Shown here in pieces: positions 14,157 through 27,318 of a stretch of DNA of 64,000 nt (position 1 is its first letter; each line of letters starts with the position of its first letter). Both the position numbers and the translations under genes were made by a program. Under the pieces are notes generated by a model that was not told the origin of the DNA, made no database searches, and was given only the letters and a program-made list of their open reading frames with translations. Source of the stretch: the human T2T-CHM13v2.0 reference genome, Homo sapiens; assembly GCF_009914755.1 (NCBI RefSeq), contig NC_060942.1; one strand, given 5' to 3'.

Positions 14157-14474
14157 CGGAGTTTTAAATGCATGCCAAAACATTTAAAAAATATTAATTT
14201 AGTTTCTCAATGTTTTGATATGCATTTTAAACTTTTATTAATATATTATCCAGGGTGGAGTTTGATTTAACATCTAGTTTACCATTTTTCAAAAATGAAA
14301 ATAAATTCAACATTTTAAAAGAAAGGAATGACTGAAAAATCTTTCAGAGAAATCCTTATTGCATAAGGTGTAAATGTATTATTCGAAAAGTTTGAAAAAG
14401 AAAACTACTTGAAAATCTTAACAAAATGTGATGTAAAAATATCTCAAATTATCCATGTGAGCAATTAAGATGAC

Positions 14475-14738
14475 CATATTCTCACTCATAGGTGGGAATT
14501 GAACAATGAGATCACATGGACAGAGGAAGGGGAACATCACACTCTGGGGACTGTTGTGGGGTGGGGGGAGGGGGGAGGGATAGCACCGGGAGATATACCT
14601 AATGCTAGATGACGAGTTAGTGGGTGCAGCACACCAGCATGGCACATGTATACGTATGTAACTAACCTGCACAATGTTCACATGTACCCTAAAACTTAAA
14701 GTATAATAATAAAAAATAAATAAAAAAAAGAAAGAAAA
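14475..14738 (+). mobile_element. L1PA2-type 5'-truncated 3' end with A-tail
   Basis: 'catattctcactcataggtgggaattgaacaatgagatcacatgg'; 'gatgacGAGttag' (not the L1HS ACA/ACG) and 'aaacttaaagtataat'. Confidence 0.93.
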
Positions 14739-16759
14739 TTGTAAACAGAAGAGGTACTATAATATACAGTGTTCTGTTTCTAAATATCAAATTTATGAAA
14801 AGTAGTAAAGGTGGTTAAATGATATAAAGAAATGATAAGTCTGCCTGAGAACACAGAAACCTGAGAAATGAATTGTTCTCCAACATAGCTTTATATACTC
14901 AGGCCATACGACACCAAATATTTTTTACTTAACATAGACTTTCATTACTTCTGTCTGTACAGTGTCATATCACACATACAAATTTATCTTGAAAGATTAT
15001 TGTTATATATTTATGTGACATGTCCTTGTTACTAGGCTATTAAGAATAAGTAGATATCCAAAACCTTTTCTTTCTCATGGTATTTTGCTCCTATCACAGT
15101 AATTTATAAGAAGAAATTAATGTATGTGAATGTGTAATGCTGATTTCATGAATGGATACGTGAATTAACCAGTGAATCCCTGATTTGATACAGGATATAA
15201 AATATTTCCCTGAAAATATAATGAAAGGTAAAAAGGGAGATTTTTGTAATATTCTATATGTTACCAAGTCAAATAAAAGATAGGCAGTCTGATTTTTTTT
15301 TTCCTAAAATAGATCCCTGAATTGTCACATATGCATCAATTGGATTCAATACAAGATGCCTTTTTATTTCCTGAATGAAAAGCTTTATGTTACAGGTAGT
15401 TAAAAAATAAAATAAGACGATACCATCAAAAAACATTAAAAAGTTCAAATTTTAAAAGAAATGAAATGTGCTTAGTTTAGATCAGCAAATAACCGTTTCC
15501 TGTTATTAGTGGCAATTACAGATCTTGTTTTCATCCTAAGATATTTTGGCAAAATATATTACAGTGATAGGATTCTCCATGGTGGGGCATGGATTTGTAG
15601 AGGGTATTGTGAACTACAAAATGACTGATTATTTCTTTAAAATCTTGGAGATCATGTACGATAACATGTTTTAGGTCTAAGAGAATGTATTGCACTGTCT
15701 TTACATAGGATTAACCTTATTTTGATTTCAGTAAATGCTGAACGAAACTGCTGGTAATATTTCTAAAATACCTTCAAAAGTCTCTAATTGTGCTCTTGCT
15801 TGATATTGCACCCTTTTAATTACTGATAACAAAATATTCAGCATTTGTTTGAAAATCAAATGGTGACTTCACTGTCTGTTTTAAAAATGTAGTGTATCTT
15901 GTGTATCTTTCGTGTATCTCCAGTGTACCTTTAGTGGGGGTAACATGGAAGTTGACAAAATCTCTGGAGGCTCTGGAGAGAAGGAATAAAAATGTAGAAT
16001 TATTCTGGACTTGAGAAAGGTCCCCAGGGATGTAACATTTAGGTATCATTAACCGACAGAGGAATGTTTATAAGTCATGGCACCTTAGGAAATGTAGAAA
16101 GACCTGAGTTTGTGACAATTAAAATAACTCTTAGTAGAGTTGAAGGCCTTTCATGATAAAGTAAATGTAACCAGTTAACAGTTTAACGTATTATTTTCCC
16201 TGATTTGGTTGCTATTTTGTTTTACTGGACTGTCATAACTATTATTGATTTCTTTACCTGACAATTGCTATTAAGGCTAAAGTATGAGGTTTTAAAAATG
16301 TCACTCACATGGATTTAAAAGAAATGGAGTTGAAAATTAAATATTTCTCATGAAATACAGAAACATTCTTTTAATTTTCTGCCCACTAAAGTGTTGCTGT
16401 CCCGTGTCATTTTAATATGCAGTTAACCAGAGGATGGAAATGTTATGATTTATCATGACACTGTAAATAAAGCAATAAGAGCAAATCTAATTTAAGCATG
16501 AGTCACTGAGCATGCCTTTCCACCCCTGCTTGATAGCTACCCAAAATCATCCACTGAAAAATGAAAGACAAGATGCATTAAATGTGGGAGACTGGCTTTC
16601 GAGCACACTGAAAGCCTGTTGGCTACTTAGGGGTTCTGCAGCCTTCTCCTAAATCACAGACTTCTGGCTGAGATCTGGGAAAGGCTTATCCTGATCTACT
16701 TAGGCATTTACACTTCCTGCTGCTGTTTGAATCTTTTAGTATAGCTGATTCATCTAACA

Positions 16760-16975
16760 GGCACCCTGGATTTGAAATTTATCTCTTCCATTTACTAGCT
16801 GGGGTTTACTGGACAAGTTTCTTAATAAGTCATGCTACCATTTCTTCTTCTATAAAATGGAAAGTAAAATCATATTAAGCTAAGAGAGTTTTTTGATTGT
16901 TGATGAGATGACATATGTAAAGCACTAGGGCAGTATTTAGTAGTAATAAAAGCTCAGTAGATATTAACCATCACT
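16760..16975 (+). mobile_element. MIR
   Basis: 'ccatttactagctgggg...ggacaagtttcttaa...tctataaaatgg' and 'atatgtaaagcactagggcagta'. Confidence 0.8.
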
Positions 16976-17729
16976 AGTGTTAATATCAGGCATAATAATT
17001 ATATGAAGCTTAAATATACATAAAAACTGCCTTAAATAAGTGGAGTCAGTAACTTTCACATCTTGCTCTCATACAGGAATGATATGCAAACATGTAGCTT
17101 GCCCTCCAGGATGTCAGTTAACTAGACTTGAGGCGTAAATATTTAAAATTTGGCGTCCTTAAATATATATAACTCTGATGGCCCCACATGCTCAGTAAGT
17201 CTAAGGTCACTCTTTATTTTGATAGCCCCATAAAGTAGCTCAAGTTTCCATATGACTTGTTTTATCCTTACCCTACTCCTCTTTGTATAATAGTTTTCTT
17301 TTCAACATTTTTCTGATAATCTTGATTTCTAATACCAAATAGTTCTCATAAAGCCTTATCACAAACAAAAATAAAACAGAGAAGAGAAATTTTAAAAAGG
17401 AAAGAAAGACAATAGGCTTTTCTTCAAGAGTAATTCTTTCTGAGCAAACACATTTAAACTCCATAGGCATTTTAAAAAATGATAGTATGTTTCTTTCCAT
17501 TACAAAAGACTGTTTGTACATGCAAAAATGAATAGTAAAAACACACTTTCAACATAGGCCAATTTGCGGTGCTGGTGTTTTTCTTGTTCTTAATGAGATC
17601 CTAGGGCATAATTAGAACTTTTCATATTCTATGAAGGATTTTATAATGTGATATGTTGGCGTTATCAAGGACACTCATGATATTAGTGTTGCTGTGTGAA
17701 TAGAAAAAACAGGACAAGGAAAGATTATT

Positions 17730-17935
17730 CACAGCTGACACGATGTTCTCACTGAGTTGTAGGCACTAGACTATGCAATCTAGACATCCACTTAGTATGA
17801 CAACTTTTTGAGCAAAGATACTAAGTGCACTTTACACAAGAGAAATTACAGGTTAAGAAACTTGACCAAACACAGCCAGGAGTGGAACGTAGAATTTGGG
17901 CTTGTGATAACCATGGTTCATTCTCAGTATGCTTA
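17730..17935 (-). mobile_element. MIR
   Basis: 'actttacacaagagaaatt...ggttaagaaacttgaccaaacacagccagg'. Confidence 0.6.
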
Positions 17936-18360
17936 TGATAGTCTGTAGAGTAGCTTTCAATGTTACTGAACAAAACACCAGAGAACTGTATAACTAACTT
18001 TTTCATGTTTGCCATCTTATTAAAATATGTACCTTTTTAAATGCCTAGATTTGATTCTACAAACATGCACATGCAAACCTTGTTACCACAGATCTGCTTC
18101 TGTTGCAGTTGTGGTTGATCAAATATGTTAGCTACTAACATAATTTAATCTGTATTTTCCTAATAATATAAATGCACTAAAAATCCTGGTTTCACTGACT
18201 TTATTACCAGTCTTTCAATATGTTGATCTTCAAATTTTATGTATAATGTGGGATATGGGTTAGATTTCAAAACAAAATTTGAGATCTAGTTAAGTTTTTC
18301 AGAAAATGAATGAAAAAACAAACCGGTTGATATCATCGGTAGTTGTGACACATATATTAA

Positions 18361-18836
18361 TGAAATAAGAGCTGGGACTTATGTGGGCCAGATTGAACAT
18401 GCTGAAACAGGGAAGACGTGTACACACATCTCCATAAGACATGCCTGCCAGTGCCCTGTTGGTTTACTGTTGCCATGGTAACACCTGGATGTTACTGCCG
18501 CTTTCAGTGGCAACATCCAGGAAGTTAGTACCCCTTTTCCAGAACTTTCTGAATAACCCTTCCCTTAATTTGCATGTAATTAAAAGTGGATATAGCTATA
18601 ACTGCAGAACTAAATGGCCCTAAGTTGCTACTCTCCCCACACTGCCTAGCGGGTAGCCAGCTCTGCTGGAGCAGTCACAAAGCTATAACACTGGCCGCTC
18701 AATAAAGCTGTTCTCTTCTACTCACTGGCTAGCTCTTGAATTCCTTCCTGAGCATAGCTCTTGAATTCCTTCCTGAGCAAAGCCAAGAAACTTCTCAAGC
18801 TAAGCCCGAATTTGGGGGCTCGCCTGCCCTGTGTCA
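18361..18836 (+). mobile_element. MER66-family (ERV1) solo LTR
   Basis: TG...CA ends and 4-bp TSD ttaa; 'cccttaatttgcatgtaattaaaagtgg', AATAAA at 18701, and terminal 'gctaagcccgaatttgggggctcgcctgccctgtgtca'. Confidence 0.88.
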
Positions 18837-19548
18837 TTAATGCTTATCAGGCTTTCTACAACAATCAACTCAGAAAAGAAACTGGGAAAAATTTCCATTC
18901 ACTGTTGTGTATTTGATTATATGTCACAGTCTAAAATACATAGGATGCACTTAGCTATTTAAGAGATGCATTTCACTTTATCTACATACATTTATATTTA
19001 TATTGCAATTAAGTCTACATCCTAGTGTCCTAGGAGACCACACTGGTCATTCTGTAGCACAGAACTTACCAGCATAAGGAGTATTCTTGTATATTTGCTA
19101 AAGTGATGAATGTGTAGCTCAAGAATGAATGATTACGTTCTGCATTGAATGTATATGAGTAGATAGATTTGGCTTTCTATTTGGCTTTTTTTCTGTTTGT
19201 CACATGTTTATCTCAGAGCTTCTACTATTTTTATATAGAGATAATAAACTTTCTTTTAAAGTTACTTTTCCCAGAGAAGTGATGACTTAGGGTGGTGGTC
19301 ACTGAAGGGATTATGCACATTTCCCCGGTAGAATTTCAAACCCAACCCAAACTATTAAACTAGCTATGTTTAGAGCTGAAATCTCCTCATTACCATTCCA
19401 TACTGGAAGCATAGAATGGAGAAGACTTTACCACTTTCTAACAGACATATGAAAAAAAAAGGAGATGAGGAAAAGTAGGAAGGAAACTACCTCATTATGG
19501 GAGAAACACACTCAGTCATAGTTCTTAATCTTTACAAAAAGAGTTTAG

Positions 19549-19910
<362 letters not shown>

Positions 19911-20439
19911 AATGTATATTTTAAGACGGTTTTTGCTCTGTAGGTCATTTAATGATGAGTGTAAGATTTATCATGAAATGATTTAAAATGTTACGCCTCA
20001 AAACACAAGGTTATATATCATGAAATATCATCTGCAGCTGTAAACTTCTGTGGGTGCATTGTAGTATTATTTTTCATTCTTTTCCATAGGCTTATTACTC
20101 TCTCTTGTTATATCGAGGTCAAATATCCTGCCACTGCTTTTGCTGAATCACTCTTATACACTGGAAATTCAACAGAGCCCAGAAGATTTCCTTGTGTGCA
20201 TATGTAGAAAATCGTGTGTGGTGTATTCCTTAAAGTGTTTGAGAAAAAATTAATATTCATTAGGATATGCAATTATTTAATTTTCTATTTTTATTGTTAG
20301 TGTTAACAACTAAAGACTTAAGTATTTGCGATTAGTGAGTGAAAAAAAATGCCTGCCTAGCTTGGTTTAAATATGTATACTGGAATTAGATTCTGGAAAA
20401 CCTTATGGTGGTTAAATGTATCCCTGAGAGTAAATGCCC

Positions 20440-20568
20440 TCTAAATTTATATAGAATGAAAGATTAAGTAATTTATCCAAAGTCACATTGCTAGGAAGTG
20501 GTAGAGCTCAGTTCCCAACTGAGGCAGCATAGCTTCGATGTTTATTCTGTTTACAATTATATAACGCC
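20440..20568 (-). mobile_element. MIR fragment
   Basis: 'gattaagtaatttatccaaagtcacattgctaggaagtggtagagctcag'. Confidence 0.75.
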
Positions 20569-20569
20569 T

Positions 20570-20668
20570 AATGTGGAGAGTTTTTGTGAAGATTAAATGG
20601 GATAATGTATATAAAATAGTGGTATTTAGTTTTTGAAATAAGTAAACAACAACAAATTTTACTTCCTT
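20570..20668 (+). mobile_element. MIR 3' fragment
   Basis: 'tttgtgaagattaaatgggataatgtatataaaa'. Confidence 0.65.
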
Positions 20669-20689
20669 ACAGTTGCATTAAAAAGTAAC

Positions 20690-21060
20690 ACCTGGCATGA
20701 TAAAATGAAGGATTTAAGAAATACAGGAAATAGATTGGCCTGACCAGTGAGTAGAGAATACGTAAGAGGACATTAAAGATAGGAAGCTAAATTAAAGTTG
20801 AAAATGCTGTTGAGCCAGATAATGGAGGCTCTTAAATGCCAACCTTAAAAGCGTTCACTTTATTTTATATGCAACCTGGAGAAATATTTAACTATTTTTT
20901 GAGAGGTGAAGCATGATGAGTTATGTGCTTCAGGACAGTTACAGAAGCAATACATAACATGATTGGGTAGGTTGGGCAGGGGGAGGTGGCACAGTAATCA
21001 GTTCATTTACCATGGCATTACCTGAAGTAAGAGGTATTTACATCTATAAGTGGCAGTGAA
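20690..21060 (-). mobile_element. L2 fragment
   Basis: 'gagccagataatggaggctcttaaatgccaaccttaaaagcgttcactttatt'. Confidence 0.65.
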
Positions 21061-21134
21061 TATTACAAAAAGCGAATGAATGAAAATATGTACACATGGA
21101 AAGAAGGATAATGAATGAAAAATATAGAAACGGT

Positions 21135-21400
21135 TAAAATTCATTGAATGCCTTTACTATTTCAATACAACATAGCTAGCATTTTCAAACAGAAAAGGCA
21201 TTCAATAAATTTTAGACTTACACATTTACATCTCACCAGATGGTTATGTTATATTTATAAGGTTCATTTTATTCCCATTTTACAGTTGAGAAAGCAGAAT
21301 CTCAAAAAAAACATAAAGTAATGAGCTTAGATCACACAACATATAAGAGGCACAAATAGGCATCTAATGCTGATCTTCAAAATTTTGCTTCAAAATTTGA
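21135..21400 (-). mobile_element. MIR (overlaps an inverted repeat)
   Basis: Core 'attcccattttacagttgagaaagcagaatctca'. Confidence 0.7.
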
Positions 21401-22771
21401 GATGTTTATTCCACCGCATGTACCCCATGCCACACATTGTTGGGAAATGCAAAGTAGGTAAAAAATTTCAAATTTCTTTGAAAGAATGGTGGGTGGCAAA
21501 TCTAAACAAAGTAGAAGATGTAATAGTAGGAAGCACCTATTTTGATAAGACAATGATAAATCTTGCCTTGAAGTTTTAAGTATAGGGATGGATTCACAGT
21601 TAGAAAATTGCAATGCATGCAGATAAAAATTATAGCTTTTCAAGATATACTATGCAATATGGCACCATTAATAATTGTTATCATAATTCTAAATCCAAAT
21701 TATTGATTAGATCTTACATATCACTATGAGTAGGAGACACTTCACAAATAATATTGTAATGTGCTTCATTGTGATCCTATAACATTTTCCTCCTCACCCC
21801 ATACCCCAAGAAAGTACTATTGTCTACTTTGAAGAATCATTATTTTATTGCCTTCTCCATCTGTGAGGGTATATATCTAAATCCTACCAGTGTTTCTGAA
21901 ACCAAATTACTAGTTGCTGTGACCTGAGGAAACAATGCGTAGTTTTTCATAAATAGACTGTTACAGAAAACAACATGGAGGATACGAGATTTAATGTTGT
22001 TTCTTGATATCAAAGGAACATTGATTTGCCATAATCCTTAGATTCCTTTTTTTTTTCTGCCTTGTATTTTGGCTTCTGGTATCCCTTGATATTTGTATAA
22101 ACCCAGGAAGACAGTCCAGAGCCAGATACACCATTAGCATCTTGAGTTCTCCAAGGCACAAATTTTTTCTCTCGTAATATTGAAATCTGATAAAAGTAAG
22201 GCAAGTGTAAAGCTGGAAACAATTTCTCATTAGATTTTCTGATGGTATGCTCAGGAAGTCTGAAAGATTCATAATGCAAACATATATTTCTCTGTAGAGC
22301 CTGACAACACATTTCTGAGAAGGGTAGACCATCCTGGCTAACTTGCAGGAAGGGCAGCTGCTAATCTCGCAGTGGTGTTCCTACAAAACATGTTCTTTAG
22401 ATACTGTATGATAACTGAAGCCATGAGAATTGCTCATGGATTTAGACAATCTGTTCCCTAAATTACTAAATCAGACTCAGGCATTTGAATGAGCACAACT
22501 ATGAGAATCAATGTAACCTAGATTTGCAGCTCACCTTTCTAAGCAATGCAAGAATATTGTAAGGTGAGTTGTCATAAACCTATTTTTAATCATTTATAGA
22601 TCCCTGGATGACTTCAGCAAATGCAGGGTGCCAATTAGATATTATATATGGGCTAAATGTCAACATTTCTTTCCTTCATCTCTAAATGTCTTCCATCTTT
22701 GGTGTGTCATTTATAGTTCCCGGAAGTTCTTATGAGTTCTATAATCCTAATGTTTACACCTTGGCATGAGC

Positions 22772-22814
22772 TCACAAACACACATGTGCATGCACACACA
22801 CACACACTCACACA
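22772..22814. repeat. Imperfect (CA)n
   Basis: CA-rich run. Confidence 0.8.
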
Positions 22815-22939
22815 ATTCATTTAAAATGTGAATAATTCACTACCCATCAGACTTGAAGCTAGTCCTGAGTCCATACTTGACAAAATAAAAATATGTAAAT
22901 TTAGACATTAGTTACATGGAAAACCTATTCATTGAAATA

Positions 22940-23130
22940 ATACTGTAGCCCCAAAGGCCTAGATCCTATTCCAATTTTGCCATTTTGGGTAGACCATTTT
23001 ATTTATTTGAGTTTTACTTTTCTTTTCAAGGTGACATGGAAAAAAAGTAATAACATTTTCTTTGGCAGGTTATTGTGAGGGTTATGTGAGACTATCTAAA
23101 CAAATATTCTAAAAATTTTATACTTATTTT
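22940..23130 (+). mobile_element. MIR
   Basis: 'caggttattgtgagggttatgtgagactat'. Confidence 0.55.
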
Positions 23131-25134
23131 AGGCTTTCCTTATTATTAATATTGGCTTTCTTTATATTTTGCATTTCTCTAGTTACGTTTGAAGTAGCTT
23201 AGGAAAATATACTAATAAAACATAGAAATGTAAATGTTATTTACATTCTAAACAAAAAATAATAAAAGTCATATGGTTAAGGCCAAGATGGATGTATTAC
23301 TACTATTAATATACCCATGAACAAAATAAATGGATATAATTTGAGTTTTTCAATTTATAAAGCATTTTATTTGCTTTACTTAACTACTGCTATATTTTAT
23401 ATATTCCTAGAACTGTGTAATAACCAGTCCTTCATGGATTATGTAGTAGCTTTATTTGTTTCAGTTTTTTTCCCTTTTGTTGGTGAAGGGCATTTACTTT
23501 GTAGGCTTTATTTTATTATTTTATTATTTTTAGTTGAGGATAAAATCAAAATCATTCTAATTTCTAATAATTAGGATTTAATGCCATAAAATAACACATC
23601 AAACTATAAACATTTCAACGGTTAAGCCACATACTATTTTATTAATATGTTGTGGCAATTGAGTTCCCATTTCCAGAAAAGTAAGAATTGCAAGGGATGT
23701 AAATGAGAATTAAAAAGAAACCAACCCATAACAGATGTTAGCAAGATTTTTCCCTCCTACTTAGAACGTAATAAACATGTGGAATAGCCTATCAGGCGCA
23801 ATTGCTGAAGCAAAACACAAGGATCATTCAAGAAACAATTAGATTCTGTTCTAAAGAAATGGAATACTTAAAAAGGATGGGTCCTGATGGGCCTATAGTC
23901 CTGATGAGCAAATAGCTCCAGCTAAACCCTTTATGATCCTAACTTCATTTGAATGTAAATATCAACACAATGTACTCATATCAAGATTTGGGAACACTGT
24001 GAAGATTTTTCTCTCCTGCAAGAGAGGGAACTGTGTTGATAATATTCCATGTCTCTGTTGTAAAATGCCTACATGTGGTAACTTTGTTTCCATTTTCTTT
24101 AATATTAAGAAGAGTGAAGATTTCTCATTATCTTAATTTCTTTATTTTTTGGATGATGTTTAGTGGAGCAAAGAAAATTGTTCTTTTTGAGATCAAAATC
24201 AAATTTAGGAAAATTTCAAAGCACATAATATATGTTAGGAAATAAATTGGGAAAATTTATTTGAAAAGTAAATAAAAATTATGAACATATAAGCTAGGGT
24301 ACAACATAACAGCATAAGAAAAAATCTAAAAACAGAAACCTTTAGAACTCAATGCCACCATTATGGTGGTTTGTCCTTCATCAGCTAACTGGTGTAGCGT
24401 AATTGAACATGACCTCAAGATAATTTTATTTTATTTTTTACTTTTACAGTGGTAGTCTATTTTTATATTACATACAATTTCTTTCTTTTTTACAAAGCAC
24501 TATTTTTAGAAACATCTACTTTACCATCACACTAGAGTATAAAAGTTACTCGGTTTGTCTTCTCTATCTCTCTATCAGTCATGAATGCTTGCTTATGTAG
24601 TATATATAATAAAAATAAAGAGCTTCTAATTTCTGCAAATGAAAATAATATTTTGAGTGTATGTTTTAGACTACATATGCCACAACCATTGTAAGATCAG
24701 CTATGCCCTCCTTGAAATGTTAAGTATTTCTTCTCTTTCCTGTCCAGAATTAACTTAAAACTTTTAAATCAATATGTATCATTTATGCATTTTTGTAGAC
24801 AACGATGACAGTGACGTTTTGAAAATAATATTTACAGGTAAAAGATATGCTGTTCAGTGAATAATGATAATCAAAGTTACAATTTTAATAAATATCATTT
24901 TACATATGATTCATATGCTAAGTAGTGAGCGTCAGCATAATATTACATTTTACATATTCTGAATTCTGCCTCAGTTTGCTAGTTAATGAAGTTGAACCTG
25001 GGACCAACATAGAGACATTGGAAAAGCCTGAATTGTATTTTCTTAGTAATCTTAAATTGACCTACTAGGTGCTTACATACCCTATTTTGGAATAAAGGGA
25101 AGAAAGTTTAGTTGCAGTGTATTCAATCAAAATT

Positions 25135-25265
25135 ATTTATTTATGTGTGTATCTCTCTACTAGAAGTTAACCTTTTGAGGGAAGCAGCTATGACCTAATT
25201 AATTCTATATATCTCTGGCACATAGCAGGTTATCATGAAATGTTTGTGGACTAGAAATTAATTGT
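25135..25265 (+). mobile_element. L2 3' end
   Basis: 'ctactagaagttaaccttttgagggaag...ctggcacatagcaggttatcatgaaatgtttgtgga'. Confidence 0.7.
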
Positions 25266-25548
25266 TAATGCAAATTTGTTTAACCTATTGATATATACTG
25301 CTGAAGCATGCACCATTATCTTATTAAGCTTCTACAAATTAGATGCTAACTCTAGAATGGCAAATTTTAACATTGTCCTTGAACATTTGCTTCTTACTTA
25401 AATCTAGTTTGAGGCTATGAAATATAACCTTTTAGGGCCTCCTTGTTTTCACCCATACAGACTCAGCAACTTGCCTTCAACTACTAACTGCAATTCATCA
25501 ACCACATTTATCTGTATGAATTTTGGGCTCAAGGTCAACAATTAAAAC

Positions 25549-25572
25549 TCTCTGTCTCTTTCTCTCTTTCTC

Positions 25573-25615
<43 letters not shown>
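25549..25615. repeat. (CT)n-(CA)n microsatellite
   Basis: ~19 CA units at 25577-25615. Confidence 0.95.
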
Positions 25616-25618
<3 letters not shown>

Positions 25619-25738
25619 TAAATCGTGGAGTACTTTTTTCCAAGATTGTATCTTCAAAGTCTCCTAGAGGACATAGCCATACGATATTGTAGTGACATAA
25701 TACACAATATCCTGTCTGACCTGAAACATTTCTATTTA

Positions 25739-26040
<302 letters not shown>

Positions 26041-26467
26041 GATGCAAAATTTATGCAATGTGATTGCTTACTTAAGTATATTAAATAAATGCATATTGTG
26101 TACTTAGCAGGTACACAAATTTGGGGTCAACCATTAGTTTTAGACAATTAGGTAAAAAAGATTGTCTTTTAATAAATTTGGGTCTTTAACATTTTTCAAA
26201 AGTTACAATTTTTATCTTGAATTGTAAAATTAAGATTGGTTTCTATCATTAAAATTTTGTAACAGTAACAAATGTAATAAGTAGTTTTGACATTTTGTAT
26301 TCACAGAGACAAAGGAAGGATTATTTATTAAAAGATAAAGCAGGACTTTTAAGTTCCAAACATGAGATATTGGCATGAAAACAAACCAGCACAATCAGCT
26401 ACGTAGATCACTCTAGTGTATTACAGCATAAGGAAGAACTGGCCAATGTGTGTTGACACAGTTTCAC

Positions 26468-27038
26468 TGAACAAGACAGCTTTCACTCAGGCCTCAGCTG
26501 GAATAAACTTCAGACAGGCTTCTTCCTGACTTCAGACCTTTCATCTCCCTTCTCTTAGAGCATTCACTGTAGAAAACTTACACATGTAAATTCTTTCTCT
26601 GTGTTTTTGAGATACAAATCTTGTCAAAGCTTCCCACAAGATTTACAACCCAGAAACATCATTCTCAAAAACCTGGAAGCAGTCCATTTAAAGTGTAACC
26701 ATTATCCAGGAAGATAGGGCTCTATCTCCCAGAGTCGGCTCCCAGGCCAGCAGCCTAACTCCAGCAGGCACCTGGCTGTAAGCTGTAAAACTACTTCTTA
26801 TTAGGAAAATGTGAGCAAGTTTGTTTCCTTTGGTTAAGGCCAATTGGCAAACATAGGTAGCCTAAGATTCCCCACCTCTTGGTCTTACAAGCTCCCCAGG
26901 CTTTGTTCCATTTAATTGAGCTCAGACTGAGTTCTGACCTCTCTGTTCTGTTGAGATAGCATTCAATAAAATCTTTCTTAGCTGTTTAACTTTATACAGG
27001 GATTTTTATTTTATTTATTTATATTTTTTGCTTTGACA
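26468..27038 (+). mobile_element. MER67-family (ERV1) LTR
   Basis: 'aaacttcagacaggcttcttcctgac...cttagagcattcactgtagaaaact...tgtaaattctttctctg', AATAAA at ~26965, ends 'ctttgaca'; left boundary approximate. Confidence 0.75.
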
Positions 27039-27318
27039 TGGAATATAAAAAGCAAACACACAATTTAGGAAAAGAATGTTTAGTGTTCTAACTTCACTCA
27101 AAGATGGTTATTCAGTAAAAGGTTTAAGGAAGATTTTGCTTTAAATAAAGTGAAGTTTAAAGTAAAATTCTAAATATGTTCATATATAAAACTATTATGA
27201 AGTTTCTGTGCTTATAGTGTATATGAAACTTTAAAATCCAAACAATATGTATATTAGATATAAGAAAAATAGAAATACAAATATAATCAAATTAAAGTTT
27301 GCAATATCAATGTGATGT

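Noticed and set aside
14556-14580. G-quadruplex motif
   Set aside because: The standard G-rich tract of the L1 3' UTR
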